Assembly: GCF_006345805.1 (NCBI RefSeq)
Contig: NC_043000.1
Coordinates: 106,640,001 to 106,704,000, forward strand
Reading direction: 5' to 3'
From: Octopus sinensis
Lineage: Eukaryota
DNA: 64,000 nt
Shown here: positions 28,015 to 38,077 of the stretch, in pieces
Layout: each line of letters begins with the position of its first letter
Position numbering within the stretch: the first letter of the stretch is position 1
Translations under genes and position numbers: made by a program
The notes under the pieces: model-generated
Told to the model about the DNA's origin: nothing
Database searches by the model: none
What the model saw: the letters and a program-made list of their open reading frames with translations, nothing else

Positions 28015-28472
28015 TACTTACATGCACATATACAAACACAGACACATAGACATATAGACAGATTGACAAACTCAGAAACTAAGAGGTTAGGCTGAACAAC
28101 AGATAAGTGCACTAGCTGCTAGCATGGGCTCTAAAGTATGATATTTATATTTCCCACCTCGTGTAACTATCATTAAAGTGTTTAAGTAAATGTAAATATA
28201 CTTGTCATATGTTATACATGTTTAAAACAGACTGCATAGCATATCGATGCTCTTAATGATTTCGAAAGAGCGAAGAAGCACTGCGTACGAATCCACCAAC
28301 ACATGTAAACAATACACACACATGTAGTTACACACCGGCACACACACTCTTACACACACCCCACCGCACACGCATACACTGTTTAATAGCTTTTGAAAAG
28401 ACAAATAAAAGGCAATAAGAGATTGCTGATAAAATTATTTTATTACTTATTTGTAGCTGGTGGTTTAGGTGA

Positions 28473-28521
<49 letters not shown>

Positions 28522-28799
28522 TATTGGTTTAGGCCAGTTTATAGAGTTATCTTGGGTTTCTTGCCATAAAAAGTACCTTTATAGCGTATCTTCTGACTCT
28601 AGAACCTGTTGGCCCATGGTCTCTTTAAAGTATGGAGAGGGAAACGATACGGATATAATCAATGGGAATTATCTCCAGGGTAACCTGATAAACCCAAGAT
28701 AAGCCTATAAACCGACCTTCACCCGTAATTAATATAGACTGCTCTACTTCTTAAAGTGTCCTCTTCTCCGGATTTATGTTTTTCTAAAAAAATTATATA

Positions 28800-28885
<86 letters not shown>

Positions 28886-28908
28886 CACTTCGTGTGTGTG
28901 AATCTATG

Positions 28909-29066
28909 TTATACGCCATGGATTTTGCCAGTTTCAATGTTCTTCTGAATTTCTTCGAGTACCAGTTTGGTAGCACACTGCACGGCGCTTTTCGGACTTG
29001 ACTTTACACAGTGACGTCTGGTTAGTGTAGTGATTTCAGTCACATCAGCTGGACATCTCACTTCAA
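28909..29066 (-). CDS. Gene B exon 4 (terminal): FEVRCPADVTEITTLTRRHCVKSSPKSAVQCATKLVLEEIQKNIETGKIHGV*
   Basis: actttcag acceptor, phase 1, TAA at 28911-28909; same length and Cys spacing as gene A exon 4. Confidence 0.85.
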
Positions 29067-29496
29067 CTGAAAGTTGACAAAATGTTATATATGTTTAGAT
29101 ATACATGCACATATACATATACGTATAACAGTTGCAAGTAAGTGATTCTCAGAAAACAACGAATATAGGAATCAGTTCACAAATTCAACAACCCCGGCCG
29201 CTCCATAGTTTCCACCTGTAACTGCCCCACAGAACACATTTCCAAATACCTCGACCTCATCCTTTCCCTTTAGTCGCTGCCTTCAGTCTCAGTTACATTA
29301 CACCAACCACAACGAAGGGAGAAGTTAAAATAATAGACAGAGAACACCACTGGAAAATACAAAAACTAAAAGAAGCAGCTCAACAACCTCCTAAGCAGAG
29401 CGAGTGCAGATATGAGCAGCATATGGGAACCAGTATTAAGGAAGGATAGAAAAATTTTAGACCTATAACGCCTAAAATTCACTCCATAATTGTCCA

Positions 29497-29760
29497 CGGG
29501 CATATAGCGTAGTAGTTAAGAGCGCGGGCTACTAACCCCAAGATTCCGAACTCGATTCCAATAAATGACCTGAACAATAATAATAATAATAATAATAATA
29601 ATGATAATACCTTAGGAATGAGAACCCAGGTTCGAAATTTCCCCAAGACACCTGAAGAAGGCTGGAGGGTATATCAGCCGAAACGTTGTGTTAACAACAA
29701 ACAAGTTGAGGACAAATATCCGTCGAATGTAAAAATTTAAATAATGTACATAATTCCTCA
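29497..29760 (+). mobile_element. tRNA-headed SINE with a Penelope-like, hammerhead-containing tail
   Basis: tagcgtagtag A-box and ctcgattcc B-box; acacCTGAAGA...GAAAcgttgtgt motif at 29648-29691. Confidence 0.65.
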
Positions 29761-29839
29761 TCTCTTCTATATAGGACTACATAGTCGGAGTATCTGCAGT
29801 TAGAAAATTGCACCTTAATGCACAAATTAATTATTTTTC

Positions 29840-30500
29840 TTTTACAAAGATCTAGCAGATGCCGATGAATGCAAGTCTCCCCTTTCCTCGCCATCGAAGC
29901 TATTTAGCAGCAGTGGTGTCATATGGACGGTGCCTTGAGAATCCAGTGAACTGGAACAGATGCTGCATGGCATTCTCCTATAACAATGCTGGTGGTCAAA
30001 ACAGACGACAATTATGCGCGCCAACAGATAGATGCTCATTACAGTTGGAAGAATGCGAATATCACGTCTTTTAATTTCGCGATACCATCCTCTCTGTTAC
30101 GTAAAAAGGAACTCCAACGAATGAACCATATCCAAGACGTGAAGAGAATTCAAAACTCTTTCGTTTACCTGGGTATTTGGATGCCTTCAAATATACAACG
30201 GCTTCACGAAATGTTTGCGTAAACTGATCAAACATTTCTGAGGACTTCAAAAGATATAGAGAAGCATTTTACACCAGTTTTTTGCGTCAGCCGTCTTTAT
30301 CCAATACGCCTCAACCAAAGCAGAGAATAGCTCCTAGTTCTTAGCTCCATTATCTAAAAATCTCACATATATTAACAAAGCTAACAAAAATATTTGGCCC
30401 ATAATATGTGAATAGAGACGATACGAAGGAAAAACATTTTACACTGAAAGCGATGTTTCAGCTCTCCAATGAATCAAAGAACACAAACTAAAATAAAATA
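29840..30500 (+). mobile_element. Degraded LINE reverse-transcriptase fragment in gene B intron 3
   Basis: FVYLGIWM thumb-region motif; many disablements. Confidence 0.4.
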
Positions 30501-31126
30501 TGTATAGGCTGGCATCTGTGGTTTAGCATACATACAGAATATATGTTCCCACCATATATTTATAGTCGTAAACCTTCGCTGCCATTCACAATTGAGCACG
30601 ACATGTTAACATGTATTATGGTTTCGCTAACTGTTTCTGTTGCCTATGTAATCACAAGGAGATTTACACACATTCTCGGCCCTTTCAACTTGACTCTAGA
30701 TGAGACAGTTCGATGAAGAGGGCTCTTCTCTACAATTGGTCTTATACTCATTTTCAGGTGAATTGACATGAGCAACGTGCAAATCAAAACGACTGTTAAT
30801 GTTATACTTTTGAAAGCTACTGTGATAGCGATTTCGATTCAAAGTTTTCTAGGTAGCCAACGAATCTTAGTACACTTCTGAAGAGGGCCAATCATTCCGA
30901 AACATATCCATAAGAAGATTCCCAGTACTTTTCCCTGCTTGCTTTAGAAAAGCAGGTAGGTTTTAATATCTTTTTTAAACGCTAAAGCTAAGGCAATTGA
31001 GTACGACATATATTTCAGGTATTCTGAATTAGCTTGTATTCTGGGTGTCAATCTGTTTCTCTCTCTCCCTCTGTGTGTGTGCGTGTCAGTGCATGTCAGT
31101 GTGTGTGTGCAAATCAGTGTTTGCGT

Positions 31127-31174
<48 letters not shown>

Positions 31175-31341
31175 GTGCGCGCGCGCGCACGAGTGGGCGT
31201 GCGGTTGTGTATTTGTGTAGCGGAGAGAGAAATAGGTAGATAGGGAGATGTAGACAGAACTGCATCAAATGATATCTCTTGCTATGCATGCATGTTACCA
31301 ATTATAAAATTACATGTGTATCTAATAATTCGCAATAAACC

Positions 31342-32195
31342 AAATAAGACTTACATGGACTTCGTTTTCCAATAATCTCCGAATAAGACTTAGATGGACT
31401 TCGTTTTCCAAAAATCTCCGAATAAGACTTAGATGGACTTCGTTTTCCAATATCTCCGAATAAGACTTAGATGACTTCGTTTTCCAATAATCTCGAATAA
31501 GACTTAGATGGACTTCGTTTTCCAATAATCTCCGAATAAGACTTAGATGGACTTCGTTTTCCAATAATCTCCGAATAAGACTTAGATGGACTTCGTTTTC
31601 CAATAATCTCCGAATAAGACTTAGATGGACTTCGTTTTCCATAATCTCCGAATAAGACTTAGATGGACTTCGTTTTCCAATAATCTCCGAATAAGACTTA
31701 GATGGACTTCGTTTTCCAATAATCTCCGAATAAGACTTAGATGGACTTCGTTTTCCAATAATCTCCGAATAAGACTTAGATGGACTTCGTTTTCCAATAA
31801 TCTCCGAATAAGACTTAGATGGACTTCGTTTTCCAATAATCTCCGAATAAGACTTAGATGGACTTCGTTTTCCAATAATCTCCGAATAAGACTTAGATGG
31901 ACTTCGTTTTCCAATAATCTCCGAATAAGACTTAGATGGACTTCGTTTTCCAATAATCTCCGAATAAGACTTAGATGGACTTCGTTTTCCAATAATCTCC
32001 GAATAAGACTTAGATGGACTTCGTTTTCCAATAATCTCCGAATAAGACTTAGATGGACTTCGTTTTCCAATAATCTCCGAATAAGACTTAGATGGACTTC
32101 GTTTTCCAATAATCTCCGAATAAGACCTAGATGGACTTCGTTTTCCAATAATCTCCGAATAAGACCTAGATGGACTTCGTTTTCCAACAATCTTC
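31342..32195 (-). repeat. 39-bp tandem array, 22 copies (+ strand unit gaataagacttagatggacttcgttttccaataatctcc)
   Basis: Counted directly; near-identical units; four 1-nt deletions (copies at about 31420-31457, 31458-31494 with two, and 31612-31649). Confidence 0.97.
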
Positions 32196-32251
32196 GCTTC
32201 ACAGTTGTCTGCATAGAAGGTAATTACCAGCGGTGTTCCATCGATTTCAAA
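31355..32251 (-). CDS. Gene B exon 3, extended by 21 in-frame 39-bp repeats: FEIDGTPLVITFYADNCEAKIVGKRSP[S(K/R)SYSEIIGKRSP]x21
   Basis: ctatctaag acceptor at 32252-32253; the only GTAAGT donor lies in the last repeat copy (31354-31349); 897 nt as assembled, and 897+4 deleted nt = 901 = 82 (gene A exon 3 length) + 21x39. Confidence 0.75.
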
Positions 32252-33550
32252 CTTAGATAGAAAAAGTAAGGAAGATATGTTGAAAATTGTTACTGTATAC
32301 AAACTCATGCACTCATACACAGGTGCAAATACGGGCGTGCGCACAGACGCACGCACAGACGCACATACACACGCACAGACACACGCACAGACACACGCAC
32401 ACACACGCACAGACGCACATACAGACACAGACGCATACACATGCACAGACGCACACACACACACAGACGTGCGAACGTAAAGGTAACTTTGTAGCCAATA
32501 TGCCGGATATATCTAAGCATTTTTCTTTAAACGAAAATGACCTATTGCAAGGTTTTATATAGTACTATTTGTTTCAAAATATATTTGGATATATATATTT
32601 TTGTGGTGCTATGATATGTCTGAAGTTGTTCTTTTGTAGGTGTCTATGATGTGCTAAGCTTTTTTTTATCGATAATTTTATTTTTGTGATCGAAGAAAAT
32701 CACCTCTTTATGTTTTACTTAATATATTTTCGTGTAATTTCAAAATTGATATGCAATACATAAAAAGGAACAGACCCAAGAGAAATGGGTTTTATTACTG
32801 AAGAGGACTGGTACAGGATAATATAGCTTGTATTGTGGTTTGATACTCTGGAGGAAAGATAGTTAATGCGACGTAGTATCATCAATTGGAAGCATTGCAA
32901 AAGAAAATGCTGCGATTAAGACAGAATAAGCATTTGTTTTTCGTATTGAAATCAGAAAAGACTTTATTTTCAATCTCCTGTTACCACTAACAATTCCAGA
33001 CATATATATAGAGAGAGATACAACTCCTACAACATTTAAAATAAATACGACAGCCACACTAACGCACTTAGTAATCCGAATATATGAAAATTGGAACAGT
33101 TCTCTGGAAATGCATTTGAAAGTTCAAACAGTATCTAAGGCTAAGTCTTCCATACTGGATCTTTACATTCTATTGCTTGATCAATTGTTCTCTTCTGTAT
33201 AAAGTACAGAATTCAATCTTCTTGAATTCTGTACTTTATTCACATCATAATTATTTACCATCTCAACCTTTACCATTTCCTCAAATTTTATCTAATTACT
33301 TTTTGCTGTTACTATTCTTAGGTTAAAGAATAACAATAACAATAACAACAACAACAACAAATTCTTAACTTATATGAAGGACTAATTTTGTCGTTAGTAT
33401 CATGGTTGTATCAAGGTATAGATAAAATTTCAGTATTATTGTTGTAATGTATTACAGAATATGTCCATAAATTTATTAGTCAAAACTGTGTTACGATGAG
33501 TGTAAAGATCTTCACAATATGATCGTAGACAGATAGTTAGATCGAGAGAT

Positions 33551-33582
<32 letters not shown>

Positions 33583-33789
33583 TAAGAGAGATAGAAAGAG
33601 AGAGAGAGAGTAAGAGAGATAGAGAGAGTAAGGGAGATAGAGAGAGAGAGAGAGAGAGTTGGACGTGTGTATTGGAATCTTCACCAGGAAACGCGTACTC
33701 TCTATCTGACAATTGTTTATAACCCACACAAATTAAATCAAGCATGTATAATTGCTGTTTGTTTTTATATCCACCAGAATAATATTTTC

Positions 33790-34190
33790 TACTCTAGGCA
33801 CAAGACCCGAAATTTCTGGGGAGGGGGCCAGTCGGTTAGATCGATCCCAGTACGCAACTGATACTTAATTTAGCGACCCCGAAAGCATGAAAAGCAAAGT
33901 TGACCTTGGCGGAATTTAAACTCAGAACGTAAAGACAGACGAAATACCTATTTCTATTACTTTACTACCCCCAAGGGGCTGAACACAGAGGGGACAAACA
34001 AGGACAGACAAACGGATTAAGTCGATTACATCGACCCCAGTGCATAACTGGTACTTAATTTATCGACCCCGAAAGGATGAAAGGCAAAGTCGACCTCGGC
34101 GGAATTTGAACTCAGAACATAACAGCAGACGAAATACGGCCACGCATTTCGCCCGGCGTGCTAACGTTTCTGCCAGCTCGCCGCCTTATA
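33790..34190 (-). mobile_element. Two adjacent SINE family 1 copies in gene B intron 2
   Basis: Reverse-complement head (gccagctcgccgcctta) and two cores; absent from the homologous intron of gene A. Confidence 0.8.
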
Positions 34191-34378
34191 TCCACAAGAA
34201 TATTGTATAAACGTGTTGGTTGCTATTATCATAGCGCAAAGTATTGGCTGATGCACAAATAGATATGTTCAATCGTACACAGCAGTACCGAAACAAAACG
34301 TTTGTTACATATCTGAGATTTAGGATTTTTGATCAAAAGCCCATTCAGGGAGAGAGATAAACAAGACATTTTACATAC

Positions 34379-34548
34379 CTTCCCACTTTCCGGGAAAAGG
34401 AGCAACTTGAGTTTGAAGAATTTTTCAAGTTTATTCCCAAGTCCATTCTCTAGAATTCCTTTTATTTTGGTAAGTGTTTGCTGTACATCAAAGCCTTCAC
34501 AGGGATCGAACTGGCAGTAGGCAGTGACCAACACAAGTAAAAAGACAA
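34379..34548 (-). CDS. Gene B exon 2: IVFLLVLVTAYCQFDPCEGFDVQQTLTKIKGILENGLGNKLEKFFKLKLLLFPESGK
   Basis: tttacag acceptor and AAG|GTATGT donor; 170 nt, and 13+170=183 gives phase 0; paralog of gene A exon 2. Confidence 0.9.
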
Positions 34549-34551
34549 CTG

Positions 34552-34602
<51 letters not shown>

Positions 34603-34644
34603 CTGTGTATATGTATATATGCATGTATGTACATCTATCTAGCC

Positions 34645-34717
<73 letters not shown>

Positions 34718-35520
34718 GTTTAGGGAAAATAAGAAGAAAATGGAGAATAAATGGATGTAATTACTGATTTATTTGCATGTTATAAAAAGATAGCGTTTTT
34801 TTTTTAAAAAACATAAATAAATAAATTGATTGGAAATTGAAAGCTTGAAGAAAAATAAATTAAAATGAAAATAGAAAAGAGAACCTACATTTATGTTTCA
34901 GTTGTACCACCGAACTGATGGGAATCTACAAGCATATCGTTTAATGCTAAGGAAGTTGCCATATTCAAGGTATATGTGGTAGGACTTCGTCATGGTTCAA
35001 AAAGAGGTAACGCAACTTTTGAGGGAAATGTATAATATTGGCAGGTTAAAAGTTAAAAGTTACGTATTGAGATTTTATTTGATTGGTAGATTTTGAATAT
35101 TTGTGAATATATCATATACAATATATTATAATTAGGAAACAAATAGATAAATATAAAAATAAATTTAAATATGACCCCAAAATTTCGGGCCTCCTGCCTA
35201 GACTAGAAAAGATTCTGTGCGTCTGTGTGCAAAGACCAGCTGTGTTTTGCAGGGCTGCCTTATTTTAAACCCTTAACTTAGAAATGGAGACAGACATAGT
35301 GCTAGATATAACAAATAAGCAATTTGAGGCTAGAAAGAAAGTGGAAAAAACATGAAATTCTTCGAGCAGGCATGTATCTTATGCAAAATCTGTGACGAGC
35401 CCGAGTGACCTTGATGACCTGGAGTCGCCTCTGAGACACCCACCTCCACATATATATGAGATAGTTTTTTGAGAAAAATATAAATCCGGAGATGCACACT
35501 CTAGGAAGTAGAGCAATCTA

Positions 35521-36725
35521 TATTAATTACTGATGAAGGCTGGTTTATATGGTTACCCTGGATGTCTCGCCATAAAGGGTAACTTTATGGCGTATCTTCA
35601 GACCCTAAGGCCTGTTGGCATATGGCTTCTTTAAAATATGGAAAGGGAAGCGATATAGATATAAGCAATGAGTATTATCCCTCTTTGGTGCTGGCCATCG
35701 GCTTCCGGCTATGTCGTCCTCCTTCAGTTATAGCAGCGTTTCGTTATATTTAGCAACAACATTGACAGCGGTAACAGCAGCAGCAGCAACAACAACGGTA
35801 GCAACACCAACATCGGCAGGCTTAATAACACCAACACAGGCACTACCGGCAACATACGCGGGAGCAGTAAGACTATCGAAGCAACCGCAATCTCCAGTAG
35901 CACCACCACCAACAGCCCCAGCTCCAGCACCACTAGAATCAACACCATTGGTAGCACCAGCAGCAACATCAATAGCGGCACCGACAGCAGCCACAATATC
36001 GGTAACTACAACCACAACTGCAGCATCGACAGCAGCAGCGGTAGCAGCAAATACAGCAGCGAAAGTCGGCATGACACCGACACCACACGTCCAAGGAAAT
36101 ACATTGGATGCACGGGAATTTCTTTCCAGCAATAGATCCTCCTTCAGAGTCCCGGAAATGAGATATGTAACATTGCTGGCCAGCCATATCTGGCAACTGA
36201 ATGAAGATGGGATTCCATACTCGGTATCATGGAAAATCCTCCACCGTCCGGGTCCGTACAAAAATGTAACGAAACGCTGCAAGCTATGCATAACCGAACG
36301 CATGAAAGTCCTGAAAAACTCGCACGTACCATGGACCATACCGAACTCCAGAACGGATATTTTCAGTCCCTGCTTGCATTTCAGGAGATTCCTATTAGCG
36401 TTTTTGGACCCGCATAATAACGATAATAGCAGTATTAGCGATAATTACACCACAGCTGGAAATTGATTGCTGATGAGAGTACCCTACCTTTTAGCCTCCT
36501 AGCCGACAGGTAGCGTGAGTGAAGGAGGACGACACAGACGGAAGCCGATGATCAGCACCAAAGGGAGATAATTCCCATTGTTTACATCTGTATCGTTTCG
36601 CACTCCATATTTTAAAGAAGCCATATGCTAACAGGTCCTAGGGTCTGAAAATATATCAGAAAGGTACTCTTTATGGCGAGAAATTCCAGGGTAACCCTTT
36701 AAACCAACCTTCACCAGTAATTAAT
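35521..36725. mobile_element. Element with diverged inverted termini of about 200 bp enclosing a Penelope-type endonuclease C-terminal fragment
   Basis: 35521-35726 is the reverse complement of about 36510-36725; the internal frame contains PYSVSWKIL...CKLCITER...CLHFRRFLL. Confidence 0.65.
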
Positions 36726-36727
36726 GA

Positions 36728-36799
<72 letters not shown>

Positions 36800-38077
36800 T
36801 GTTGTGTCTTGGGGTGGGTCATTACGACAATAGGGATAATAATACTCATACTAGTTCAATGCCACTTCGTTATTGTTAATCAATTGGTTAAACATCTGGT
36901 CAGCTAACTAATCGATTGTTTGTTTATTATGCTGGATAAACAATCAATCAGTTGTTTTTCCGTCATCATTTCCGACCATTTTAGTGACTTAGAGACTTCT
37001 CCTCTCTCTCCTGGGTTTGCTGTGAATTTGTCTGATAATTGACCTTATGCCTGTGTTCTTGCATACTCGCTTGTGTGGTTGCTTAAAAGAGGATGTAAAG
37101 CTGAAAGTAAACGAAAAGTCTGTGTGTAGATAGAGGGGGCGGGCATGCACTCGTGTGTGTGGTTGTGCGTGTACACCCGCTTGACTGCTTGTATGTGTGA
37201 GAGTGTGTATGTGTGCGTTTGTGTATTGGTGCTGTGTGTGTGTGCGTGCATGTGTGTTGATAAACCAACCGACATCTCCTTAAGGGTTTAGCCTTGTATT
37301 CAAAGCAAGTTCGGTCTCAGATCTACTGGGATTCGCTTGTCACCCTGTAAAGATTTATGGGTGTAGAGTGTAGATCTTTAGGTGGGTATCTGCACGCGCA
37401 CATGTCCGTGGGTGTGAGTATGTGTGTGCGCGCACGACTGTGTAGTCTAGAGTGTGTGTTCGTGTGTTTGAGTCAGTTTTGTGAGTGCGTATGTTTTTAT
37501 GTGTGTGTGAATGTGCGAGTGTTTGCTTACGTAAGAGTATTCCAGCGTATGTGTGTATGTGTATCTCTGTGTATGCTTGCGTATGTGTTTATGTGTATCT
37601 CTGTGTATGCTTGCGTTTATGCGCTCTTGTATATGTGCGTTCTTGTATGTCTGCATGTGTTCCTGTGTACATGTGAGTGTGTTTCTGTGTACGTGTGAGT
37701 GTGTGTGTGCGTGTGTGCACATGCGTATGCGTGGTGTGAGAGTTTACGTGGTTGTGTGTTCTTGTGTTCCCCTATGTGTGTGTGTGTGTATGTATGTGTG
37801 TGTGTGTGTGTGTGTGTGCGTTTACGCATTGCGTACCTGTCCGTGCCCGTCCCTGCGCGCGTGGATGTGAATAGTCCTGTATGGCTGTGTATAGGAGTTT
37901 TTCATAGCTAAATTATTTAATGTTTATGGATTTCTTCGTATCCTGCTGTTATTCTTTCTTCTATCTTATCAGTACCTCCTATGCTTACATATATGCATGC
38001 GTGCGCGTGTGCGTGAATATGTATGGATGTGTATGAAACTGTTGATATTTACACGTATTTATATGTATAGGTTATAT

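Noticed and set aside
31355-32190. Tachykinin or eledoisin precursor
   Set aside because: The peptides lack the FxGLM-amide or FxGxR-amide signature
31342-32195. 39-bp array as a CRISPR array
   Set aside because: Units are contiguous with no unique spacers, the context is eukaryotic, and no cas genes are present
31621-32260. Alternative frames of the array (ENEVHLSLIRRLL on -, LRIRLRWTSFSNN on +)
   Set aside because: Only the KRSPSKSYSEIIG frame is continuous with the exon homologous to gene A
31322-32464. 380-aa single-exon ORF from the track
   Set aside because: Its N-terminus is translated (TG)n microsatellite; the true exon starts at the AG acceptor at 32252-32253 and its C-terminus results from frameshifts
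33199-33239. Perfect 18-bp inverted repeat in gene B intron 2
   Set aside because: Real but short, not seen in gene A, and with no functional context
35711-36466. 251-aa Ala/Thr-rich host protein
   Set aside because: A low-complexity repeat fused to a Penelope endonuclease fragment, inside an inverted-repeat element
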